From Parcubacteria group bacterium GW2011_GWC1_45_14 (GTDB taxonomy: Bacteria > Patescibacteriota > Minisyncoccia > Moranbacterales > GWC2-37-73): a stretch of 64,000 bases of DNA. Below the pieces are notes generated by a model, which was not told the origin of the DNA, ran no database searches, and worked only from the letters and a program-made list of their open reading frames with translations. The first letter of the stretch is position 1; the number at the start of each line of letters is the position of its first letter. The position numbers were made by a program, and so were the translations under genes. This document shows, piece after piece, positions 1-7,331 of the stretch. The DNA lies in contig LCKI01000003.1 of assembly GCA_001001345.1 (NCBI GenBank), forward strand, positions 4,614 through 68,613, given 5' to 3'.

Positions 1-90
1 ACGCTGATCACCGATCAATACGGATTCCACGGATTAAATCCGTGATCCGTGCAAATCAGTCCATCATCCGTGAATATCCGCAATTGAAAT

Positions 91-297
91 ATGGAAAAGA
101 AATCTTGTTTTTTCTGCGAAGAAAAAATGGAAAAAATAGACTACAAGGAAGCTTATATGCTCAGGAGATTCATGAATTCCCAGGGTAAGATCTATCCTCC
201 GAAAAGACACGGTACCTGCACAAGGCATCAGAGAGCTCTCGTCAGCGCGATCAAAAGAGCCCGCGTCATGGCTCTGGTACCATACGTAGTCAAATAA
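91..297 (+). CDS. rpsR: 30S ribosomal protein S18
   Basis: 68 aa. The '[28 protein letters not shown]' segment matches the conserved S18 core. Confidence 0.9.
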   Translation: MEKKSCFFCEEKMEKIDYKEAYMLRRFMNSQGKIYPPKRHGTCTRHQRALVSAIKRARVMALVPYVVK

Positions 298-396
298 CAC
301 GCGATACGAACGATACGAATCGCATACGAACGATACGAAACAGAAACACAAGTTCGTAGCGTTCGTATATGTTCGTAGGTTAGTATCGATTTATAT
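298..396. repeat. Array of 4x ATACGAA(C) direct repeats followed by 3x GTTCGTA, the inverse orientation, filling the rpsR-efp intergenic region
   Basis: Read directly from the sequence: gatacgaac gatacgaat cg catacgaac gatacgaaa ... gttcgtagc gttcgtatat gttcgtagg. Confidence 0.6.
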
Positions 397-954
397 ATGC
401 TGAATATAAACGAAATAAAAAACGGCAAGAACATCCTCTGGAACGAAGAGCCTTTCGTGGTGCTTTCTTCCCAGCATTCCAAGACCGGAAGAGCCGGAGC
501 AGTGCTTCGAACCAAGCTCAAGAACCTCATCACCGGAGCGATGATCGACAAAACCTTCCAGGGTTCCGACAAAGTGGAAGAGGCCGATATCTCCAAGTCC
601 AAAGCGCAATACCTCTACCAAGAGGGAGACGCATACAACTTCATGGATACCGCCACTTACGACCAATTTTCCCTTTCAAAAGACGTGATCGGTGATTTGG
701 CTCTCTGGATGATCGAAGGGACGGAAGTGACGGTTTCAAACTTCAACTCCAACCCGGTCAACATTGAGCTTCCGGTCAAAGTCACTCTCACTGTCGTCGA
801 TGCCCCTCCGGGAATCAAAGGAGACACGGCTTCCAGCGGAGACAAACTTGTTACCCTGGAAACAGGAGCGAAGGTTACCACCCCGCTTTTCGTGGAAACG
901 GGAGACAAGATAATCGTGAACACGGAAACAGGAACATACGTTTCAAGAGCGTAA
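397..954 (+). CDS. efp: Translation elongation factor P
   Basis: 185 aa with EF-P hallmarks: N-terminal KOW-like 'KNGKNILWNEEPFVVL' and the C-terminal 'KGDTASSGDKLVTLETGAKVTTPLFVETGDKIIVNTETGTYVSRA'. Confidence 0.9.
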   Translation: MLNINEIKNGKNILWNEEPFVVLSSQHSKTGRAGAVLRTKLKNLITGAMIDKTFQGSDKVEEADISKSKAQYLYQEGDAYNFMDTATYDQFSLSKDVIGDLALWMIEGTEVTVSNFNSNPVNIELPVKVTLTVVDAPPGIKGDTASSGDKLVTLETGAKVTTPLFVETGDKIIVNTETGTYVSRA

Positions 955-985
955 GGGCAGTTTTTTAGGAAAATACGCTACACAC

Positions 986-1010
986 AAAAACCGCGCGAAG
1001 CGGTTTTTTG
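986..1010 (+). terminator. Rho-independent terminator of efp
   Basis: aaccgc-gcgaa-gcggtt hairpin followed by a TTTTTT run. Confidence 0.6.
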
Positions 1011-1068
1011 TTGTTCTTAATTAGTACGGTGGATAAATTTGGAATTTTATACTAAGATGCATATTTCA

Positions 1069-1198
1069 TTTGTCATCTTGAGCGAAGTGATTCCGCCCTT
1101 AGGCGGGGAACGTAGTCGAAAGATCTACGCGATAATACAGCTTGACGTGTTATAACGCAGATTTTTCGACTTCGCTACGCTCCGCTCAAGATGACAAA
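1069..1198. other. About 130-nt imperfect palindrome or structured element between efp and the DGR RT 3' end
   Basis: The 16-bp outer arms tttgtcatcttgagcg / cgctcaagatgacaaa enclose nested hairpins (ccgccc tta ggcggg; cgtag tcgaaagat ctacg). No flanking T-run, so it is not a canonical terminator. Confidence 0.4.
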
Positions 1199-1212
1199 AA
1201 TCGACACATTAA

Positions 1213-2085
1213 TCAACAGGTGGCCGATTTTTTGACGCTTTCTTCCAATTTCTTCGCATTTCCGTGACTCAGCAATCCCAAATAAGACTGTATCGTCTCA
1301 TTTTTTGGATTTTTCGTAATATTCTTCATCATTCTTCTCTTCGTGCTGGTCCGCAATATCCTGTGATGCGGGAAATGCACCCATCCCAGAAAATCAACTC
1401 CCGAAGCGTACGTCTTTATGAAGACCTTATCCGGATGAAGCGTGAGTTTCAATCTTGTTTCCAAGAAATCACTTATTTTCGGCAAAACATTTTCCAAGTA
1501 TGCCATATCGTCATGCAGAATTACAAAATCATCCGCATATCGTATATAGTGGCGGATTTTTAATTGGCGTTTCGCAAATTGGTCGAACTCATTCATATAG
1601 ATGTTCACCAGGAGTTGCGAAGTCAGATTGCCGAGCGGTAGCCCGATTCCTATTTTTCCGTTAAAACTTTCTATGACTTGCGAAAGGAGCCGTAAAACAT
1701 CCCTATCTCCGATACGTTTCGATAAGATGACTCTTAAGATACTGTGATCTATGCTTGCGAAGAATTTCCTGATGTCGCATTTCAAAACCCAACACGTCTG
1801 GGTATTATTCCTTGAAACCTTGAGACTGAAACATTGAAAACGATCCATGGCCCTATGCGTGCCTTTATCTAACCTACAGGAATATGAGTCATGGATGAAT
1901 TTCCTGTCAAAATGCGGATACAGGATCCGATGAATGGCGTGATGGAGCAGGCGGTCGCGCACGCTCGCTTTATGGATGTCGCGCGGTTTGGGATCGTTTA
2001 TCTTGAAAGCTTTATAACCTCCGTGCCGGTATGTTTTATCCGCAAGTTCGCGGTGAAGCGCGAGGATGTTGTCCATGAAATGCAC
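1213..2085 (-). CDS. DGR-type reverse transcriptase. The annotated ORF starts at GTG 2085, but the conserved N-terminus continues in-frame upstream to 2253.
   Basis: RT motifs are present: 'LKCDIRKFFASIDH', the DGR-specific 'GLPLGNLTSQLLVNIY' (an IGxxxSQ variant) and 'YIRYADDFVIL'. The same frame is open upstream through 'IYDNIISFDNLLISWREFLRGKRKRKDVAEFQ', which resembles the N-terminal region of the Bordetella phage bRT. Confidence 0.85.
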   Translation of the reverse strand: MHFMDNILALHRELADKTYRHGGYKAFKINDPKPRDIHKASVRDRLLHHAIHRILYPHFDRKFIHDSYSCRLDKGTHRAMDRFQCFSLKVSRNNTQTCWVLKCDIRKFFASIDHSILRVILSKRIGDRDVLRLLSQVIESFNGKIGIGLPLGNLTSQLLVNIYMNEFDQFAKRQLKIRHYIRYADDFVILHDDMAYLENVLPKISDFLETRLKLTLHPDKVFIKTYASGVDFLGWVHFPHHRILRTSTKRRMMKNITKNPKNETIQSYLGLLSHGNAKKLEESVKKSATC

Positions 2086-2200
2086 CTGGAATTCGGCGAC
2101 GTCTTTCCGTTTCCTTTTTCCACGTAAAAATTCCCGCCAAGAAATTAGCAGGTTATCGAAAGAAATGATATTATCGTATATATGAAAAAGACTCCCTTTA

Positions 2201-2226
2201 CTCTCTCTCTCTCTCTCTCTCTCTCT
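2201..2226. repeat. (CT)13 dinucleotide microsatellite, which is (GA)13 on the RT coding strand
   Basis: Perfect ctctct... run. It lies inside the open upstream extension of the RT frame, where it translates as (ER)n. Confidence 0.95.
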
Positions 2227-2267
2227 CGAAAAATGCCTCTGTTCTCCAGCGGATCAAAGAGGGATAT

Positions 2268-2618
2268 TTGATTTGGATGGATGTTTCCGTTCATATTCCT
2301 AAAAGTGCGCGCTATACTATCGGCGCAAGGATTGAAAATAAATATCTTGATCTGCTTGAACTTGCCCGCGTCGCCTACTTCACTGGCAGAGAAGAAACCG
2401 AAAATAAAATCAAGAGAATATCGGACTGCATCTTCGTTTTGGACGCCTTGAAATTTTTGGTAACCGTAGCTTGGGAAGCCAAACTGCTTTCAAACAAACA
2501 CTACGAAAACGTGGGACTGAAACTGGAAGAAATCGGCAGGATGCTTTGGGGTTGGATGGAGGGATTGAAAAACCCTGAAAAGAAAAACCGCGCCTTTGAC
2601 GGAACGGAAAAGAAATGA
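2268..2618 (+). CDS. avd: DGR accessory variability determinant (Avd-like four-helix-bundle protein, 23S rRNA IVS protein family). The likely true start is ATG 2277.
   Basis: About 113 aa. 'KSARYTIGARIENKYLDLLELARVAY...LDALKFLVTVAWEAKLLSNKHYENVGLKLEEIGRMLWGW' fits the Avd/IVS four-helix-bundle signature. It is adjacent to the TR and RT. Confidence 0.7.
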   Translation: MIWMDVSVHIPKSARYTIGARIENKYLDLLELARVAYFTGREETENKIKRISDCIFVLDALKFLVTVAWEAKLLSNKHYENVGLKLEEIGRMLWGWMEGLKNPEKKNRAFDGTEKK

Positions 2619-2754
2619 CTTTCGGAAACGGAAGACAAACTCATTGTCGGCATTCCACCTATTGTCAGACTTCGCCCAGTTGTCGTTCAGCCACGACTTG
2701 CCGTCATTGTTCCGGTTCACGTTGAACACGTGCGGATTACCGTCAGAGTCGATT
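2618..2754 (-). repeat. DGR template repeat (TR)
   Basis: 137 bp, about 87% identical to 3082-3218. Every mismatch is a T on the + strand, which is an A on the minus (sense) strand, in this copy. On the minus strand it reads ...NRNNDGKSWLNDNWAKSDNRWNADNEFVFRFRK, rich in AAC codons. Confidence 0.88.
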
Positions 2755-3061
2755 CGTATGCAACGCCATCCATATCACTGCCCGCTCAAATTGGAGCTGT
2801 GCTGTATTTTATTCGGGATCTAAAATCCTCCAGCGTCGCATACCAAGTCTATTTTCTTTATTTTGAAAATATCGTTCCATATCACAAAAAGCCTTGGCCG
2901 TTTGCGCTTCGGGAACGTACTTGCAGAAAGGTTCCAAAAAGCCGTAACCGTTTGGCATGACCAATCTATTCTAAAGTATACCAAATTTTAAAGATTGGAA
3001 GAAATTCCAAAGGATCAAAAAGTCAAAAATTCAAAGTGACAGAATAAAATAATTCAAGGTT

Positions 3062-5005
3062 TCAAGATTCCAAAGAGTTTAACTTGCGGAAACGGAAGAC
3101 AAACTCATCGCCGGCACTCCACCTATCGTCAGACTCCGCCCAGTCGTCGCTCAGCCACGACTCGCCGTCACAGTACCGGTACACGAAGAACACGTGCGGA
3201 CTACCGTCAGAGTCGACAATCTGCTTCATAGCGATCCAAAAATAATCTCCAGGGGACTGCTGTCTGCCGAAAATATCCTCGTAATGGAGGCGCAGGTGAG
3301 GTCCTGTTTCCGGAGGGCACAGATCCAGCCCCAGTTCTTCGGCCCTTTTGTAAATTTGATCCGTTGTCGCTCCGGCGAGAAAACCTAAATCCTTAACCTT
3401 GAGTTTTACGAATTTGACCTGCTCCTTGTTTTCAAGTGTGAAAAATTCATCCCTTTTCAACATGGTTTCCACACCACTGGAAATATATATCTTATCATCC
3501 CCTTCCGCTTTCTTTCTGCTTTCCAGTTCTCTTATGATATTTTCCTTACTTTCCCCTCCCATCCAAGCATCGAATCCTGATATTTTTCCTTCGGGGAAAG
3601 AGGTGTGGATATGCTCGATTCCTTTTGAGAAAATTCCTTCAAAAAGCGGTCCGACATACGTCTTGGTGTTTTCATCGATGTCCTCTTTTTTCCAGGCAAT
3701 TTCAGAGGGATCACGTTCGAACACGACAGGCGCGTCTTCTTGCGCGATCCTTTGTTTCCTTAACTGCTCAATGCGTGGATCCTTATCATAGCCGAAACCT
3801 TCGATCGCATGGTTTATTTCATATAAAAATAATAAATCCTCTTTGGAAAAATGTTCGCCAATTTCCTGTTTCTTCACAAGCTCCGTCACTTTTTTCATAT
3901 CGGAAGCTTTCTTGTCATACGATTCCCCTCCGGGAAGCGAGTGGTACTTTTCCTGCGCGATATCCACCAGTTCCGGTTCGAGCTCCTGCCTGTGATTCAC
4001 TCCGCGCACTTCCCCGACCTTGTCTCCGTCCATACGGATAGCCACGCGCGGCTCGGTATATCCGCCGTTCTCTCCTTTCAGATAATACACATAGAAATCA
4101 CCGCCTTGGAGATGCGCTTGGGCGCTTCCGGTCGCCGTACACCATCCGGTTCCTTTATTTTTGAGATCGTTTTCCAGAATGTAATGATCGCTTCCTTGGT
4201 CATATTTCCTCCATTCCCCCTCGATCTTCTCACCGTTAAGTTCCATGGCTTTGCCGGCAGTTTCAACTAGCGCGAATGCGTACAGTTTCGAAAAATCTTT
4301 CGCATTGAGCAATTTTTCCAATGTATTTTTCTTTTCTGCAAGTTTCGTTTTTTCTTCATCCGATTGGCCTTCCCATGGCTCGAATTCTTTCTGGTCTATT
4401 CCCTCGTCGAGTTTTTTAAAAACCCAGCCCAACGCTTCGGAGTTGAGTTCCGGAAAAGGTGCGACTGTCGATTTCGCCCTCTTGGAAAATTCCAGAGTTT
4501 CCTTGCTCAATATTCCCATCTTCTCGATGCTCCGCATCACGAAATATCGGAACCACATCGGATGTTTCGAATCGTTCTGCTTCAGATAATCAAGCCACGC
4601 GGAAAGTGTCTTGCGCTGGATTTCGGCTTTTTCCATGACGAGCGGTTTGTATTTCTCGACAATCTCCTGCGTCGAACCGAACTTTTGGATATCCGCTCCA
4701 CGGCCCTGTTCGATTGCGATACGCTTTTCCGATTCATAAAGACCTTCCGCGATCTTCTCAAGCGTTTCAGGATTTTCCACATTCAAAGTAAAGCGGCTTA
4801 GAATGCGTCTTTTGAGAAGTTCGTATCCATGGTCATTCTCAACGATCGCCTCGAGACGGTCCAAATACGTATCCACCCGTTCCTGCTTGTTTTCAGGTCC
4901 CGGTTCCCCTTCGCGGAGATTTTTAGCCACCGCGCGTTCCACCGGCTTGGAGCCGGCAAGGTCGGGATATTTTTGAGGGAGAAAGTGTTTTTCCATATGA
5001 GGCAA
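3062..5005 (-). CDS. DGR target (variable) protein, 647 aa, with the VR at its C-terminus
   Basis: Long ORF whose last roughly 45 codons are the VR. There is no obvious N-terminal signal peptide. An extended -10 (TGgTATAAT) sits just upstream of the start. Confidence 0.8.
   Translation of the reverse strand: MPHMEKHFLPQKYPDLAGSKPVERAVAKNLREGEPGPENKQERVDTYLDRLEAIVENDHGYELLKRRILSRFTLNVENPETLEKIAEGLYESEKRIAIEQGRGADIQKFGSTQEIVEKYKPLVMEKAEIQRKTLSAWLDYLKQNDSKHPMWFRYFVMRSIEKMGILSKETLEFSKRAKSTVAPFPELNSEALGWVFKKLDEGIDQKEFEPWEGQSDEEKTKLAEKKNTLEKLLNAKDFSKLYAFALVETAGKAMELNGEKIEGEWRKYDQGSDHYILENDLKNKGTGWCTATGSAQAHLQGGDFYVYYLKGENGGYTEPRVAIRMDGDKVGEVRGVNHRQELEPELVDIAQEKYHSLPGGESYDKKASDMKKVTELVKKQEIGEHFSKEDLLFLYEINHAIEGFGYDKDPRIEQLRKQRIAQEDAPVVFERDPSEIAWKKEDIDENTKTYVGPLFEGIFSKGIEHIHTSFPEGKISGFDAWMGGESKENIIRELESRKKAEGDDKIYISSGVETMLKRDEFFTLENKEQVKFVKLKVKDLGFLAGATTDQIYKRAEELGLDLCPPETGPHLRLHYEDIFGRQQSPGDYFWIAMKQIVDSDGSPHVFFVYRYCDGESWLSDDWAESDDRWSAGDEFVFRFRKLNSLES
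3082..3218 (-). repeat. DGR variable repeat (VR), encoding the C-terminus of the target protein
   Basis: Homologous to the TR. It differs at about 18 positions, all corresponding to TR adenines. It encodes ...YRYCDGESWLSDDWAESDDRWSAGDEFVFRFRK. Confidence 0.88.
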
Positions 5006-5043
5006 TTATACCACAATTCACACAAGCTCTTCTGAATAAAAAC

Positions 5044-5070
5044 AAAAAACCGCACGAGGCGGTATTTTTG
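5044..5070 (-). terminator. Rho-independent terminator downstream of recA
   Basis: ccgc-acga-ggcgg hairpin with a T-run on the minus strand. Confidence 0.6.
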
Positions 5071-5074
5071 TTTC

Positions 5075-5105
5075 CCTGATTCCTGATTCCTGATTCCTGA
5101 TTCCT
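5075..5105. repeat. (CCTGATT)4.4 heptamer tandem repeat
   Basis: cctgatt x4 plus cct. It lies in the recA 3' UTR, which is also the region upstream of the DGR target gene. Confidence 0.9.
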
Positions 5106-5128
5106 AAAGCCTAAATCCTAATTCCTGC

Positions 5129-6145
5129 TTATATCTTGGCTTTGGCCGCAATTTCCTTAAAGATCTTTTGCGCGATCTTCTCATTTTCCCGAAGGAAAGT
5201 CTTGGCGGCCTCCCTGCCGACTCCCAATTTCACTTCCTCGAAGGTATATGAATTTCCTGATTTTTTGACAACCTCGAACTTCACTCCGGAATCAATGATG
5301 TCTCCGGCCAGCGAAATCCCCTCGTTATACATGATGTCGAATTCCGCGACTTTGAAAGGCGGAGCGACTTTGTTTTTGACGACTTTCACCTTCACCCTGT
5401 TGCCGACCACATCTTCGCCTTTCTTGATCTGGGCGGATCTTCTGACCTCAAGCCTGACCGAAGAATAAAACTTGAGAGCCTGCCCTCCGGAAGTGGTCTC
5501 AGGATTACCGAACATCACTCCGATCTTCATCCTGATCTGATTGATGAAAATGACGATGACATTGGACCTGGCGACGATGGCGGTGAGTTTTCGCAGGGCC
5601 TGGGACATGAGCCTGGCCTGCCTTCCTACATGCTGGTCTCCCATCTCTCCCTCGATTTCAGCTCTGGGAACCAAGGCGGCGACGGAGTCGATAACGACCA
5701 CGTCCACGGCGTTGGAGCGGACCAGCGTTTCCACGATGTCGAGCGCCTGTTCTCCCGTGTCCGGCTGGGAAACCAACAGGTCGTCGATTTTAACTCCGAT
5801 CTTCTTGGCATATTCCGGATCAAGAGCGTGTTCGGCATCCACGAAAGCCGAAGTCCCTCCTTTTTTCTGGGCGTTCGCGATGATGTGAAGCGCCAAGGTG
5901 GTCTTTCCGGATGACTCAGGTCCGTATACCTCGATTATCCTGCCCCTCGGCACTCCGCCGATTCCCAACGCGATATCCAAGGAAACCGAACCGGTCGGGA
6001 TCGACTCCACGTCGACCCTGCGGACATCCCCCAGCTTCATGATCATCCCCTCGCCGAACTTCTCCCGGATTTCACTCACCACGTTATCCACCTTCTTGTC
6101 ATCTGCGACCGCCCCTACTTCCGGCTTCGTTGTTTTCTTTGCCAT
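5129..6145 (-). CDS. recA: Recombinase RecA
   Basis: 338 aa. Walker A 'GPESSGKTT' and the canonical RecA core '[18 protein letters not shown]...[13 protein letters not shown]'. Confidence 0.97.
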   Translation of the reverse strand: MAKKTTKPEVGAVADDKKVDNVVSEIREKFGEGMIMKLGDVRRVDVESIPTGSVSLDIALGIGGVPRGRIIEVYGPESSGKTTLALHIIANAQKKGGTSAFVDAEHALDPEYAKKIGVKIDDLLVSQPDTGEQALDIVETLVRSNAVDVVVIDSVAALVPRAEIEGEMGDQHVGRQARLMSQALRKLTAIVARSNVIVIFINQIRMKIGVMFGNPETTSGGQALKFYSSVRLEVRRSAQIKKGEDVVGNRVKVKVVKNKVAPPFKVAEFDIMYNEGISLAGDIIDSGVKFEVVKKSGNSYTFEEVKLGVGREAAKTFLRENEKIAQKIFKEIAAKAKI

Positions 6146-6228
6146 ATTCTTATCAACTGCGCCAATCGACGGATTACTAAATCAGCAATCGGAGGATCGG
6201 TGCAATGTTTTAATAACTTTTTTAAATA

Positions 6229-7221
6229 TTATAAAGCGCGTCCATCGGGGGTGAAAACAATGTCGCGCACTACACCTGATTCGCTGCTTAAAATTTCTTC
6301 TTCCTTTCCTTCCAATTTTATATGGGTATCGTTTCCCTTTCCGGATGTCACGCTTATCTTCTCCTTGGCTGTGAACTTCTGCACCGAATCCGGAAGCAGG
6401 ACCCCGCTATACATCAAATTCCCATCAGCTTCGACTGAAATCCAAGTGGGATTGGATGAAACATAGAGCTCCATATCGAACTCCTCCTTGTTCCCAGCAT
6501 CTTCCCCCTCGGAAGCGCCCGCTCCGGAAGATGGGGATTCCACGTTCTGATAATTGGCGTTGACTGAAACGGTCTGCCTGGATTCCTTATCAAACTTGTT
6601 CCTGGCTACCACGGTTATGGCGTTGAGCCCTTCCCGAAGTCCCACATCCTCACTGAATTCTCCCTTCTCGTTGACCAAAATAGGCTGGTCGTTTATGAAA
6701 AGCTGGGCGTTTTTTTCCGCCACCCCTGCTATCCTGACGGTTCTTCCGTCCACACTGGACCCGTCGGACGGGGTCATGACGACCAATCTTGGCATGGAAA
6801 CGAAATTGTTGACCTGCCGGTATAAATACAGGAATCCCGAAAAAACGAACAGGACGCTCAATGTTATTATGATTATCTTGGGAGTCACCACGAAACTTGA
6901 AAACTTTATCGGCTTTATCTCCTTGTTGCCCGCATCTTCCCCTTTGATATTCTGCGCTATCTTCTGTTCCCTTTCGTATTGCTTGAGAAGCGACTGTCCG
7001 CTTATCCCCATGAAGATGGCATAGTTGCGGAGGAATCCTTTGACATAAACCTGTGCCGGAAGCTTGGAATAGTTCCCTTCCTCAAGATACTCCAGATATT
7101 TCACCTGCACGCGCGTGCTCTTGGAGATTTCACTCAAACTCAAACGGCGTTCCTCGCGAAGCTTTTTCATTTGCTCCCCAAGAGTCATCGAGTCTATCTT
7201 TTTCGTAGTGAATCGCACCAT
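6229..7221 (-). CDS. HTH (XRE-like) domain membrane protein, RodZ-like
   Basis: N-terminal 'LGEQMKKLREERRLSLSEISKSTRVQVKYLEYLE' HTH, a single TM segment, then a Ser/Gly-rich extracellular region. Confidence 0.55.
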   Translation of the reverse strand: MVRFTTKKIDSMTLGEQMKKLREERRLSLSEISKSTRVQVKYLEYLEEGNYSKLPAQVYVKGFLRNYAIFMGISGQSLLKQYEREQKIAQNIKGEDAGNKEIKPIKFSSFVVTPKIIIITLSVLFVFSGFLYLYRQVNNFVSMPRLVVMTPSDGSSVDGRTVRIAGVAEKNAQLFINDQPILVNEKGEFSEDVGLREGLNAITVVARNKFDKESRQTVSVNANYQNVESPSSGAGASEGEDAGNKEEFDMELYVSSNPTWISVEADGNLMYSGVLLPDSVQKFTAKEKISVTSGKGNDTHIKLEGKEEEILSSESGVVRDIVFTPDGRAL

Positions 7222-7331
7222 AGCTGAAAAATTTCTAATTCCTAATTACTAATTTCCGATCAAACCTCCTTGCCCGGCGCCGAAGTCTAAAAAATATTTC
7301 TAGGTCGACCAGGAATCCTTACATTTGCCAT

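Noticed and set aside
296-396. TACGAA and GTTCGTA arrays as a Firmicute-type LexA (Cheo, GAAC-N4-GTTC) box
   Set aside because: The units are direct repeats with 9-10-nt periodicity rather than a GAAC-N4-GTTC dyad, and recA lacks any copy upstream.
1069-1198. The large palindrome as a rho-independent terminator for efp or the RT
   Set aside because: No T-run follows the stem on either strand, and efp already has a canonical terminator at 986-1010.
2490-2729. 79-aa minus-strand ORF called in the six-frame track
   Set aside because: It is the DGR template repeat read in frame, the same frame and residues as the VR. TRs are normally non-coding.
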